Assembly: GCA_041678445.1 (NCBI GenBank)
Contig: JBAYOD010000001.1
Span: 1-53,045, forward strand
Length of the DNA: 53,045 nucleotides
Source: Burkholderiaceae bacterium
GTDB taxonomy: Bacteria; Pseudomonadota; Gammaproteobacteria; Burkholderiales; Burkholderiaceae_E
Direction of reading: 5' to 3'
Each line of letters opens with the position of its first letter. The stretch's first letter is position 1. Position numbers and translations under genes: made by a program. The notes beneath the pieces are model-generated. The model saw only the letters and a program-made list of their open reading frames with translations, was not told the origin of the DNA and ran no database searches. Below, piece after piece: positions 37,452 through 48,725 of the stretch.

Positions 37452-37504
37452 GTACCGGACTCTCCGTCCAGACGAGGGTTTTCGGCAGATATTCGATGAT
37501 CAGG

Positions 37505-37559
37505 GTCGCTTTGACCCTCTTTGATCAGGGTTCGATTGACCATATCAGGTTACTATCAC
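37505..37559. promoter_or_regulatory. Three NorR enhancer sites (GT-N7-AC)
   Basis: GTcgctttgAC 37505-15, GTtcgattgAC 37530-40, GTtactatcAC 37549-59, between ytfE and norR. Confidence 0.85.
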
Positions 37560-37563
37560 CCGG

Positions 37564-39201
37564 ATGGAAGACACCCTTCTCGCCGATCTTGCGAACGATC
37601 TGCCGCACGCCGTGCGGCTGCAACGGCTGGTCAGCACGTTGCGGCCGGCTTTCGGCTGTGGTGCCGTAGCGCTGCTGAAGCTCGAGGGCGACAGCCTGCG
37701 TCCGCTTGCCGTCGACGGTCTGGTGCGTGAGGCGCTCGGGCGGCGCTTTCTGGTCAGCCAGCATCCGCGGCTGACCGCCATTCTCGCGCGCCGCGGGCTC
37801 ACCCGCTTCGAAGCGGGTTCCGAGTTGCCCGACCCTTACGACGGGCTGCTCGATTCGCGGGTCGGGGAACCGCTGCCGGTGCATGACTGCGTCGGGGTCA
37901 GCCTGTACAACGAAGGCCGGCTGTGGGGCGCGCTGACCCTCGATGCGCTCGACGCAGGCGTGTTCGACGAGGCCGCCCGCGACAGGCTGCGCCGGTATGC
38001 ACTGCTGGCCGAAGCGGCGATCCGCGTCACGCGGCTGGAAGAGGAAACCCGGGCGCTGCGGCTGGCGCGCAGTCAGACCCGCCCCGGCGAGGGGCCGGGA
38101 GCGGCCGATATCGACGAGATCGTCGGCGCCAGCGACGCCATCTCGGCGCTGCTGCGCGAACTCGATCTGGTGGCCGATTCGGAACTGCCGGTGTTGCTGC
38201 TGGGTGAGACCGGCGTGGGCAAGGAGTTGTTTGCCCGCCGGCTGCACAAGCGGTCGCGCCGCCGTGACCGACCGCTGGTCCATGTGAACTGCGCGGCGCT
38301 GCCCGAGTCGCTGGCCGAGAGCGAGCTGTTCGGCCATGTCCGTGGCGCCTTTTCGGGAGCCAGCGGCGAGCGGCCGGGTCGCTTCGAAGCGGCCGATGGC
38401 GGCACCCTGTTCCTGGATGAGGTCGGCGAACTGCCGCTGCCGGTCCAGGCCAAGCTGCTGCGGGCGCTGCAGAACGGCGAAATCCAGCGGCTGGGTGCCG
38501 ACCGCCCGCGTCGGGTCGACGTGCGGGTGGTGGCTGCCACCAACCGCAACCTGCACGAAGCCGTGCGTGATGGCCGTTTCCGGGCCGACCTCTACCATCG
38601 CTTGTCGGTTTATCCGGTACCCATTCCGCCGCTGCGTGATCGTGGCGGTGATGTGCTGCTGCTGGCCGGGCGCTTTCTCGAACAGAACCGGGCGCGGCTG
38701 GGGCTGCGCAGCTTGCGCCTGTCGCCGGCGGCCGGCGAGGCGCTGTGCCGCTACCGCTGGCCGGGCAATGTGCGTGAGCTCGAACACGTGATCAGCCGGG
38801 CGGCGCTCAAGGCACTGAGCCGCGGTGCGGAGCGCAGCGACATCGTTACGCTCGACCCGGTGCTGCTCGATCTCGACGATCACCTGTCCGGGCCGGCGGG
38901 CGTTTCCCGCAGTGCGGCATCTGCCGGCAGCCGGGCGGTGGCAACGGGCCAGGGTGGGCGTGCGGCGCCCGGCTGGAGTGCCGGGCTGCTGTCCGGCGAA
39001 GGCATTCCGATCGGTGTGCCGGAGGTCGACTGGCAGGGTGGCGACGTCCTGCCGCTCAATGATGCGGTCGCCATGCTTCAGCGGGGCATGATCCGCTCGG
39101 CGCTGGCGGCGGCGGCCGGCAACTGGACACGGGCGGCCGGCTGGCTCGGTCTGGACCCGAGCAACCTGCACAAGCTTGCCCGTCGCCTGGGGCTCAAATG
39201 A
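37564..39201 (+). CDS. norR: NO-responsive sigma54 activator
   Basis: GAF with HPRL, LPDPYDGLL, VHDC; AAA+ GETGVGKE, ESELFGH.RGAFSGA, WPGNVREL; C-terminal HTH. Confidence 0.95.
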   Translation: MEDTLLADLANDLPHAVRLQRLVSTLRPAFGCGAVALLKLEGDSLRPLAVDGLVREALGRRFLVSQHPRLTAILARRGLTRFEAGSELPDPYDGLLDSRVGEPLPVHDCVGVSLYNEGRLWGALTLDALDAGVFDEAARDRLRRYALLAEAAIRVTRLEEETRALRLARSQTRPGEGPGAADIDEIVGASDAISALLRELDLVADSELPVLLLGETGVGKELFARRLHKRSRRRDRPLVHVNCAALPESLAESELFGHVRGAFSGASGERPGRFEAADGGTLFLDEVGELPLPVQAKLLRALQNGEIQRLGADRPRRVDVRVVAATNRNLHEAVRDGRFRADLYHRLSVYPVPIPPLRDRGGDVLLLAGRFLEQNRARLGLRSLRLSPAAGEALCRYRWPGNVRELEHVISRAALKALSRGAERSDIVTLDPVLLDLDDHLSGPAGVSRSAASAGSRAVATGQGGRAAPGWSAGLLSGEGIPIGVPEVDWQGGDVLPLNDAVAMLQRGMIRSALAAAAGNWTRAAGWLGLDPSNLHKLARRLGLK

Positions 39202-39566
39202 TCCGGCAGACGCGTCAGTTCCTGTGGCGGCTTCTTGCGGTGGTGATGGTCGCGCTCGGCCTGGTCGGTGCCGTGTTGCCGGTGCTGCCGACGGTGCCTT
39301 TCCTGCTGGTGGCGGCCTGGGCGGCCAGCCGCGGCTGGCCGTCGCTCGAGCGATGGCTGCTGACCCATCCGAAGTATGGGTCGGATATCCGCCGCTGGCG
39401 CGAACGGGGCGCCGTGCCGCGCAAGGCGAAATGGTTTGCGACCGTGATGATGATGGCCAGTGCCGTGATGCTGGCTTTCTCGGCCGCGCCGCTGTGGGTC
39501 CGGCTCGGAGTGCCGGCGATGATGGCCTGCGTCGCGCTGTGGCTCTGGCTGCGGCCCGAGGAGTGA
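39198..39566 (+). CDS. ybaN: YbaN (DUF454) membrane protein
   Basis: GAVLPVLPTVPFLL, WLLTHPKYG..IRRW, RKAK. Confidence 0.9.
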   Translation: MIRQTRQFLWRLLAVVMVALGLVGAVLPVLPTVPFLLVAAWAASRGWPSLERWLLTHPKYGSDIRRWRERGAVPRKAKWFATVMMMASAVMLAFSAAPLWVRLGVPAMMACVALWLWLRPEE

Positions 39567-39619
39567 ACCCGCGGGCGGGAGGCTGAACCCGGCGCCCGGG
39601 GCTTGTGCCCCGGCGGTCT

Positions 39620-41146
39620 TCAGCCGGGGTCCGGGTCGGAAGTCTGCCGGTGGGTGGCGCAGTCGCGGGCCGCCCGGTGCAGATGCCAGGCACGCAGCAG
39701 CAAGGCGCACATGCTCCAGGCGGCGAGCACGGCGAGTGGCCAGGCGAGCAGCCTTGGCCAGAGGATGGCGATCACCGCGATCACCGCCAGGATGGCGGCG
39801 GCGATGACCATCGTGCGGGCTTCGGCAGCGCCGAGCACGCGGCGATTGGTCAGTGCAGCGCCGAAGGTGTTGCCGACCCGGATCGCCCCGGCCGCGATCT
39901 GGCTGGCCGAGCCGCCCGAGGCGCGTCGCTCGTCCGGGTTGCCGGCCCGGCGCTGGGCCCGGCGTTCGGCGCGCCGCTGGCGGCGCCGCTCGGCGGCCTG
40001 TGCAGCGGCGTCCGGGTCGGCCGCCCGGACCCGGTTACGCAGGCCCAGCAGGATCTCGGTCGCACCTTCCAGATCCTGCAGGTAGGTGGCCTCCATCTCG
40101 GCTGCGAAACCGGCATCCTCGGCTGCGATGTCGAGTTCCCAGTTGCCCAGCCAGCTGGCGAGGTTCAGGTTGCTCGACCCCACGCGTGCCCAGCGCCCGT
40201 CGGCGACTGCCGTCTTCGCGTGCAGCATCGGCCCGTTCCATTCGAAGACCCGCACGCCCGCTTCGAGCAGCGGCCGGTACCCGGCCCGGCTGATCGGTGA
40301 CAGCGCGGGAATGTCGCTGGCACCCGGCACCAGCAGGCGCACGTCGACACCGTCGATGGCCGCCTGGCACAAGGCCTGCACGTAGCTGGCAGTGCCGACG
40401 AAGTAGGCGTCGGTCAGCCACAGGCTGTCGCGCGCGAGCGCCGCGATCATCTGGTCGAGCCGGTACAGGCCGGCCACCTGCGGCATGCTGGCCAGCACCC
40501 GCAACGAGACTTCGCCGGCGGCTTCGATACGGTCGGGCTCGGGCAGCTCATCGGCCGGGATCGGCTCGCCGACGCTGGCCCAGGCGCGGGCGAATGCCCG
40601 GACGACTTCGGCTACGGCCGGGCCGCGCACCTCGACGCCGGTGTCACGCCATGGTGGCGTGCCGCGTTCGGGGTCGCCCGCCCACATCCGCCCGATGCAC
40701 AGGCCGCTGACGAAGGCGACGCGATCGTCCACGCACAGCGATTTGCGATGGTTGCGGCTGATCCAGCCGAACGGGCTTTCCAGGCTGAGCGGATTGAAGG
40801 CGCGTACTTCGATGCCGTACTGCCTGAGCCTGTCCCAGTAGGCGCGCGAGGCCGTGCGCAGGCAGCCCAGCCAGTCGTAGAGCACGCGGACCTGCACGCC
40901 GCGCCTGGCCGCTTCGATCAGCGCATCGGCGAAGCTGCGGCCGATCCGGTCGTCGTGAACGATGTAGTTCTCGAACAGGATGTCGTATTGCGCCTCGGCA
41001 ATCGCCCTCAGCCAGGCAGGGTAATTCTGTTCGGCATCCTTGAGCAGCGTGATGGTGTTGCCGCCGAGCAACGGTGCGCCGGCCGAGCGCGACAGGGCCT
41101 GCTCGGCCAGCAGGCGCAGCGGCGAGGTTTCGGCAGTCGGGTACAT
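39620..41146 (-). CDS. Cardiolipin synthase-like phospholipase D
   Basis: Two HKD motifs ([16 protein letters not shown]), WRDTGV, GSSNL; C-terminal TM hairpin. Confidence 0.9.
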   Translation of the reverse strand: MYPTAETSPLRLLAEQALSRSAGAPLLGGNTITLLKDAEQNYPAWLRAIAEAQYDILFENYIVHDDRIGRSFADALIEAARRGVQVRVLYDWLGCLRTASRAYWDRLRQYGIEVRAFNPLSLESPFGWISRNHRKSLCVDDRVAFVSGLCIGRMWAGDPERGTPPWRDTGVEVRGPAVAEVVRAFARAWASVGEPIPADELPEPDRIEAAGEVSLRVLASMPQVAGLYRLDQMIAALARDSLWLTDAYFVGTASYVQALCQAAIDGVDVRLLVPGASDIPALSPISRAGYRPLLEAGVRVFEWNGPMLHAKTAVADGRWARVGSSNLNLASWLGNWELDIAAEDAGFAAEMEATYLQDLEGATEILLGLRNRVRAADPDAAAQAAERRRQRRAERRAQRRAGNPDERRASGGSASQIAAGAIRVGNTFGAALTNRRVLGAAEARTMVIAAAILAVIAVIAILWPRLLAWPLAVLAAWSMCALLLRAWHLHRAARDCATHRQTSDPDPG

Positions 41147-41176
41147 GGCCGCGACGATAGCGGATTTTGCTTTTAT

Positions 41177-41201
41177 ATATAGGACGAAAACTGTACCATA
41201 T
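41177..41201. promoter_or_regulatory. IscR/Rrf2-type operator upstream of the suf operon
   Basis: 25-mer ATATAGGACGAAAACTGTACCATAT aligns with IscR type-1 consensus ATASYYGACTRWWWYAGTCRRSTAT at the ATA, GAC, central, GT and TAT positions. Confidence 0.65.
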
Positions 41202-41310
41202 AGGGCATGTCCAAGCCGCTGTACACTCGCGCCGGTCCGACAGGGTACCGCCGGGTCGCCGACCGATCCCGTGGCGGGCGCTGCAGCGCCGTCGCACCGG
41301 AGGTCTAGCC

Positions 41311-41777
41311 ATGTTGCGGGTCAGTCGTCTGACCGATTACGGAACGATGATCATGAGCCACATGGCGCGCTCGCCCGACCAGCTGTTCAGTGCAGCCGAT
41401 CTGGCGGCCACGCTGGGGCTGGGCGCGCCGACCGTTGCAAAGGTGCTCAAGGTGCTGGCACGCGGCGAACTGGTGAACGGCGTGCGGGGCCTGCGCGGCG
41501 GTTATGCGCTGGCCCGTTCGCCGGAACAGATCACGGTGGCCGACATCGTCGATGTGCTCGAGGAACGCCCGTTCGGGCTGACTGAATGCAGCACGGTCGA
41601 CGGGCTGTGCGACATCGAGGATGTCTGCGGCGTGCGTGCCAACTGGCGATTGATCAGCGATATCGTGAGGCGGGGGCTGGAGAGTGTGACGCTGGCCGAG
41701 ATGGCGCGGCCGATGCCGCTGCCGGCGGAAGCGCGGATCGGCGTCGAGTCCTTACGAAGCAACCGGAGTGTCCGAAG

Positions 41778-41781
<4 letters not shown>
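41311..41781 (+). CDS. SUF system Rrf2-family regulator
   Basis: [22 protein letters not shown], three Cys (EC...LC....C). Confidence 0.92.
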
Positions 41782-43229
<1,448 letters not shown>

Positions 43230-43246
43230 GAATCAGGAGAAAAACG

Positions 43247-44080
43247 ATGTTGACGATTTCTGGCCTGAAGGTTTCGGTGGGCGGCAGGCAGATCCTGCGG
43301 GGTCTGGACCTGCAGATCGGTGACGGTGAAGTGCACGCGCTGATGGGGCCCAACGGTTCGGGCAAGAGCACCCTGTCGCAGGTGCTGGCCGGGCGCGACA
43401 GTTTCACGGTCGACGGCGGCAGCGTCACCTGGGATGGCCGCGACGTGCTGGAAATGAGCACCGAAGACCGGGCGCGCGAGGGCATGTTCCTGGCCTTCCA
43501 GTATCCGGTCGAGATTCCGGGGGTGTCGAATGCCTATTTCCTGAAGGCGGCGGTCAACGCGGTGCGCCGTCACCGCGGCCTGGCCGAGCTCGATGCAATG
43601 GATTTCCTGGCCCGGGTCAAGGCCGAGATGAAGGCTGTCGGGATGCGCGAGGAGTTCCTGTACCGCTCGGTCAATGAGGGTTTCTCCGGGGGCGAGAAGA
43701 AGCGCAACGAGGTGCTGCAGATGGCGCTGCTCGAACCCCGGCTGGCGATTCTCGACGAGACCGATTCGGGCCTCGACATCGATGCGCTGCGGGTGGTGGC
43801 CGACGGTGTGAACCGGCTGCGCAGCCCCGATCGCTCGATGCTGGTGATCACCCACTATCAGCGACTGCTCGAGTACATCGTTCCCGACAAGGTTCACGTG
43901 CTGGGGCAGGGCCGGATCGTGCGCTCCGGTGGCCCCGAACTGGCGCTCGAACTCGAGGCCCGCGGTTACGCCTGGCTGCTCGAGGAAAGCGCGCCGTCGT
44001 CCGGTCCGCAGAGCGGTCCGGCGCGGGCCGCCGCGGCAGCCGCTGCTGCAGCGGCTCAGGCAAGCGGAGGACGGCGATGA
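43247..44080 (+). CDS. sufC: Fe-S cluster assembly ATPase SufC
   Basis: MGPNGSGKSTL, FQYPVEIPGV, GFSGGEKKRNE, DETDSGLDIDAL; poly-Ala tail. Confidence 0.98.
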   Translation: MLTISGLKVSVGGRQILRGLDLQIGDGEVHALMGPNGSGKSTLSQVLAGRDSFTVDGGSVTWDGRDVLEMSTEDRAREGMFLAFQYPVEIPGVSNAYFLKAAVNAVRRHRGLAELDAMDFLARVKAEMKAVGMREEFLYRSVNEGFSGGEKKRNEVLQMALLEPRLAILDETDSGLDIDALRVVADGVNRLRSPDRSMLVITHYQRLLEYIVPDKVHVLGQGRIVRSGGPELALELEARGYAWLLEESAPSSGPQSGPARAAAAAAAAAAQASGGRR

Positions 44081-45447
44081 GTTCAGTCGACCTGTGGCGG
44101 GCGGCATTCGACGAGCGTGCGCCGACGCTGCCGGGCGCCAGTCTGCCGTGGCTGAGCCGGCTGCGGGCGCAGGCGCTGGAGCGCTTCGCCGATGAGGGCT
44201 GGCCGAGCGGGCGGCTCGAAGCGTGGCGACACACATCGCTGGTCTTCATGAACAGTGAGCGCTTCGCGCCGGTTGCTGCCGGCGTCGACGGTGCGGTGCT
44301 GAGCCGCGTGCTCGCCGGACTGCGCGAGTCCCCTGACGATCACTGGCTGGTCTTCGCCGACGGCCGTTTCGTGCCCGGCCTGGGCGCGATCGGCAGCCTG
44401 CCTGCCGGCGTGCGGGTCGAATCCCTGGCCGCCGCGCTGGCCGGCGATGCGGAGCCGGTCGAGGCGCTGTTCGGCGACGTTGCCGAGGGCGCGAGCCCGC
44501 AGGCGCTCAATGCCGCGCTGGCGGCCGACGGCGCCTTCATCGACGTGCCGGCCGGCGTGGCGGTGCCCGGCGTGATCCACCTGGTCTTCATTGCCGGCGC
44601 AGCCGGCAGCGCGGCGCTGCTGCGCAACCTGATCCGGGCCGGCGCCGGCGCGCAGCTCACCGTCGTCGAGCACTACCTGGCTTCCGACGATGGCGCGGCG
44701 ACGCTGACCAATGCGGTGACCCGGATCGAGGCCGGTGCCGACGCCCGTGTCGAGCACCAGAAACTGCAGCAGGAAGGCGTGGCGGCGGTCCACCTCGCGG
44801 CGATCGGCGGCGTGCAGGCGCGCGGTTCGCGGCTCGCTTCGCACTCGCTGTCGTTCGGTGCGCGCCTCGCGCGCAACGACATCGGCACGCGCTTCGACGG
44901 CACCGGTTGCGAGACGCTGTTCAACGGCCTGTACCACGTCGACGGCAAGCGCCATGTCGACCACCATACGTGGATCGAGCACGCCTCGCCGCATGGCACC
45001 AGCGAGGAGCTGTACCGCGGCATCCTCGACGACCAGGCGCGCGGCGTGTTCACCGGCCGCATCGTGGTGGCGCCGGGGGCGATGCGCACCGATGCCCGGC
45101 AGCGTGCCGACAACCTGCTGCTGTCGGCAGGTGCCGAGGCTGATGCGCGCCCCGAGCTCGAGATCTACGCCGACGACGTCAAGTGCGCGCACGGCGCCAC
45201 GGTCGGCCAGATCGACGAGACCAGCCTGTTCTATCTGCGTACCCGGGGTCTGGACGAGGTGCATGCACGCAATCTGCTGACCTGGGCCTTCGCGGCCGAG
45301 GTGCTCGAGCGGATCGGCGTGGCCAGCCTGCGTGCGCAGGCCTCGGCAGCACTGCGCGCAAAGCTGCCGGGCGGCGAAGCGCTGGAGATTCTGGATGGCG
45401 CCGCGCTGCAGAGGTCGGGCGGTGCTGTGCTGGAGATGCCGGCATGA
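44077..45447 (+). CDS. sufD: Fe-S cluster assembly protein SufD
   Basis: EAWRHT, RGVFTGRI, PELEIYADDVKCAHGATVG, FYLRTRG. Confidence 0.96.
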   Translation: MSSVDLWRAAFDERAPTLPGASLPWLSRLRAQALERFADEGWPSGRLEAWRHTSLVFMNSERFAPVAAGVDGAVLSRVLAGLRESPDDHWLVFADGRFVPGLGAIGSLPAGVRVESLAAALAGDAEPVEALFGDVAEGASPQALNAALAADGAFIDVPAGVAVPGVIHLVFIAGAAGSAALLRNLIRAGAGAQLTVVEHYLASDDGAATLTNAVTRIEAGADARVEHQKLQQEGVAAVHLAAIGGVQARGSRLASHSLSFGARLARNDIGTRFDGTGCETLFNGLYHVDGKRHVDHHTWIEHASPHGTSEELYRGILDDQARGVFTGRIVVAPGAMRTDARQRADNLLLSAGAEADARPELEIYADDVKCAHGATVGQIDETSLFYLRTRGLDEVHARNLLTWAFAAEVLERIGVASLRAQASAALRAKLPGGEALEILDGAALQRSGGAVLEMPA

Positions 45448-45463
45448 ACCCGGGAGCGTGGTC

Positions 45464-46696
45464 ATGAGCCTGGAACGCAACTGGGCGGCCGACTTCCCGA
45501 TCCTGGCGCGACCGGTGCGCGGCAAGCGGCTGGCCTATCTCGACAATGCCGCCACCACGCACAAGCCCGAGGCGGTGATCGAGGCCGAGCGCAGCTTCTA
45601 TCGCGAGTCGAACGCCAACATCCACCGCGGCGTGCACTGGCTGTCGCAGCACGCAACCGATCTGTACGAGGGCGCCCGCGAGCGGGTCCGCGGTTTCCTG
45701 AACGCGGCGCATGCCGACGAGATCATCTTCACGCGCGGCACGACCGAAGCCATCAATCTGGTTGCCTGGAGCTGGGGCCGTGTCAATCTGCAGGCCGGTG
45801 ACGAGATCGTCATCACTGCGATGGAGCATCACTCGAACATCGTGCCCTGGCAGCTGCTCTGCGCACAGACCGGCGCGGTCCTGAAGGTGCTGCCGATCGA
45901 CGATGCCGGCCAGCTGCAGCTGGAGGCCTGCGAGCAATTGTTCGGGCCGCGCACCCGGCTGCTGGCGATCGGTCACGTCTCGAATGCGCTGGGCACGATC
46001 AATCCGCTTGCCCGGCTGATCGCCCGGGCGCGCGCGGTCGGGGCCCGGGTGCTGGTCGACGGCGCCCAGGCGGTGGCACACCTGCCGGTGGACGTGCAGG
46101 CGCTCGATTGCGACTTCTATGCGTTTTCCGGCCACAAGCTGTACGGGCCGACCGGAATCGGCGTGCTGTACGGACGCCGCGAACTGCTGACCGCGATGCC
46201 GCCGTGGCAGGGCGGTGGCGACATGATCCTGACGGTGGCCTTCGAAGGCAGCACCTGGGCGGAGCCGCCGGCACGCTTCGAGGCCGGCACGCCGAACATC
46301 GCCGGGGCGGTCGGCCTGGCCGCCGCGATCGACTACCTGAGCGGCATCGGGGTGGCGGCAGCGGCTGCCCACCAGGACGCCTTGCTCGTCCAGGCCACCG
46401 ACGAGATCCGGCGGCTGCCCGGGGTGCGCATCTACGGCACGGCGGAGCACAAGAGCGCCATCCTGTCGTTCACGGTCGCCGGCATCCATCCGCACGACCT
46501 GGGCACGATCCTCGACAGCGAGGGGGTTGCCATCCGGGCCGGCCACCACTGCGCGATGCCGGTGATGACCCGCTTCGGCATTCCCGGCACGGCACGGGCC
46601 TCGTTTGCCCTGTACAACGACGAGCGTGACGTGGCCGCGCTGATCGCCGCGATCCGCAAGGCGCAGGCGCTGTTCGGCGTGGAGGCCGTTGCATGA
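45464..46696 (+). CDS. sufS: Cysteine desulfurase SufS
   Basis: YLDNAATT, MEHHSNIVPWQ, FSGHKLYGPTG, RAGHHCA. Confidence 0.97.
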   Translation: MSLERNWAADFPILARPVRGKRLAYLDNAATTHKPEAVIEAERSFYRESNANIHRGVHWLSQHATDLYEGARERVRGFLNAAHADEIIFTRGTTEAINLVAWSWGRVNLQAGDEIVITAMEHHSNIVPWQLLCAQTGAVLKVLPIDDAGQLQLEACEQLFGPRTRLLAIGHVSNALGTINPLARLIARARAVGARVLVDGAQAVAHLPVDVQALDCDFYAFSGHKLYGPTGIGVLYGRRELLTAMPPWQGGGDMILTVAFEGSTWAEPPARFEAGTPNIAGAVGLAAAIDYLSGIGVAAAAAHQDALLVQATDEIRRLPGVRIYGTAEHKSAILSFTVAGIHPHDLGTILDSEGVAIRAGHHCAMPVMTRFGIPGTARASFALYNDERDVAALIAAIRKAQALFGVEAVA

Positions 46697-47148
46697 GCTT
46701 CGCCGGCATGAGCGACCTGCGCGAGCTCTACCAGGAAGTGATCTTCGATCACAATCGCAAGCCGCGGAATTTTCACGAAATGGCCGAAGCCGACCGGGTC
46801 GCCGACGGCCACAACCCGCTGTGCGGTGACCAGCTCACCGTCTACCTGCGGCTGGCGGACGACGTCGTGGCCGATGTCAGCTTCATCGGCCACGGCTGTG
46901 CGATCTCCACCGCCTCGGCTTCGCTGATGACCGAGGCGGTCAAGGGCCGCACGGTGGCCGAGATCGAGGCCCTGTTTCACGATGTCCACGCGATGCTGAC
47001 CGACGCGGCGCCCGAAGGGCGCGACTTCGGCAAGCTGCAGGTGCTCTCCGGCGTGCGCGAGTTTCCGGCGCGGGTCAAGTGTGCGAGCCTCGCCTGGCAT
47101 ACCCTGCACAACGCGCTGACCGGCGGTGGCACGGCCAGAACCGAATGA
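46693..47148 (+). CDS. sufU: SUF system NifU-like protein SufU
   Basis: LYQEVIFDH, NPLCGD, GCAISTASAS, RVKCA. Confidence 0.93.
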   Translation: MSFAGMSDLRELYQEVIFDHNRKPRNFHEMAEADRVADGHNPLCGDQLTVYLRLADDVVADVSFIGHGCAISTASASLMTEAVKGRTVAEIEALFHDVHAMLTDAAPEGRDFGKLQVLSGVREFPARVKCASLAWHTLHNALTGGGTARTE

Positions 47149-47158
47149 GGTGCAAACG

Positions 47159-47743
47159 ATGAACCGGTACGGAGAAATGCGTCAGATGTATCTGGAGCGG
47201 GACTGCGAAGCGACGCAGATCCCCTGGGGAACGAGCACGACGCTGCCCGCCGGCAGTCTCGCCCAGATCACCCAGCAGCTTGGCGGGAACTTCACCGTGA
47301 TGGTCGGCGGCAACCTGTTCCGGATCGCCGGTGCCGATGCCGACGCGCTGGGGCTCGACCCTGCCGACGCTGGCGGGATCGAGATGCCCGATTCCGACCA
47401 TCATGACCCCGACGTGCCGGTCACGGCCGACGCGGTCGAGGCCGAAGCCTGGCGGTGGCTGGCGACCTGCTACGACCCGGAAATCCCGGTCGACATCGTC
47501 AATCTGGGTCTGGTCTACCTGTGCCAGGCGATGCCCTTGCCCGACGGCGGCTATCGGCTCGATGTCAGGATGACACTGACCGCTCCCGGCTGCGGCATGG
47601 GGATGACGATCGCCGACGAGGCGCGCGAGAAACTGCTGGCCATTCGCGGTGTCGAGGAGGTCGATGTCGACCTGGTCTGGGATCCGCCCTGGAGTCGCGA
47701 GATGATGAGCGAATCCGCACGCCTGGCGCTCGGGATGATGTGA
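47159..47743 (+). CDS. sufT: Fe-S assembly protein SufT (DUF59)
   Basis: CYDPEIPVDIVNLGL, MTLTAPGCGMG, VWDPPW. Confidence 0.93.
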   Translation: MNRYGEMRQMYLERDCEATQIPWGTSTTLPAGSLAQITQQLGGNFTVMVGGNLFRIAGADADALGLDPADAGGIEMPDSDHHDPDVPVTADAVEAEAWRWLATCYDPEIPVDIVNLGLVYLCQAMPLPDGGYRLDVRMTLTAPGCGMGMTIADEAREKLLAIRGVEEVDVDLVWDPPWSREMMSESARLALGMM

Positions 47744-47753
47744 CGCCCGGCGC

Positions 47754-48725
47754 GTGTTCAGCTACCGCCACGCCTTCCATGCCGGCAACCATGCCGATGT
47801 GCTCAAGCACCTGGTCCTGGTCCAGTTGCTGCGCCACTTCGGCCTGAAGGAAACGCCGTTCTGGGTGATCGACACCCATGCCGGGGCGGGGCGCTACCGG
47901 CTCGATGGCGAGTGGGCTGCCAGGCGTGGCGAGTTCGCCGACGGCATCGGCCGGCTCTGGGAGCGGGAGCAACTCCGGGGGCGGGAGCAACTGCCGGCGG
48001 CGGTGGCCGACTATCTCGACGAGGTGCGGGCGCTGAACCCCGACGGGCGTCTGCGCCACTACCCGGGTTCGCCATTCATCACGCTGCGCCATCTGCGCCC
48101 GGACGACCGGTTGCGACTGTTCGAACTGCACAGCAGCGAGAGCGGGGTGCTGGCCGCCGGGCTGGCCGAAGCCGGTCCGCAGGCGCGCCGCCAGACCCGG
48201 CTGGAGGCGGCCGACGGCTTCCAGGGCCTGAAGGCCTTGCTGCCGCCGCCGTCGCGCCGCGCCCTGGTGCTGATCGACCCGCCCTACGAGGACAAGCGGG
48301 ATTACGCCCGCGTGCCGGTCGCCCTGCGTGAGGGGCTGGCGCGCTTTGCCACCGGCTGCTACGCGATCTGGTATCCGCTGGTGGCGCGCCCCGAGCCGGC
48401 CGAACTGGCCCGCAAGCTGCGCCATCTGCCCGGCATCCGCTGGCTGCACGCCAGCCTGTCGGTGCGCAGCCCGTCTGCCGACGGGCTCGGCCTGCACGGC
48501 AGTGCGATGTTCATCGTCAATCCGCCGTGGACGCTGCAGGCCGCGCTGGGTGAAAGCCTGCCCTGGCTGGTGAAGGTGCTGGGCCAGGACGCCGGCGCGC
48601 AGCAGACGCTGACGGCCGGCGGTGAGGCGCTCAGCCGCGCCGGCGAACCAGCAGCCCGGCGAAGCCGGCGGCCAGCAGGGCCAGCGAACCCGGCACCGGC
48701 ACGGTCCCCGGCGGGTCGGCGGTGA
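47754..48725 (+). CDS. rlmJ: 23S rRNA m6A2030 methyltransferase
   Basis: SYRHAFHAGNHADVLKH, DTHAGAG, YPGSP, LIDPPYE, IWYP, VNPPW; extended C-terminal tail. Confidence 0.95.
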   Translation: MFSYRHAFHAGNHADVLKHLVLVQLLRHFGLKETPFWVIDTHAGAGRYRLDGEWAARRGEFADGIGRLWEREQLRGREQLPAAVADYLDEVRALNPDGRLRHYPGSPFITLRHLRPDDRLRLFELHSSESGVLAAGLAEAGPQARRQTRLEAADGFQGLKALLPPPSRRALVLIDPPYEDKRDYARVPVALREGLARFATGCYAIWYPLVARPEPAELARKLRHLPGIRWLHASLSVRSPSADGLGLHGSAMFIVNPPWTLQAALGESLPWLVKVLGQDAGAQQTLTAGGEALSRAGEPAARRSRRPAGPANPAPARSPAGRR

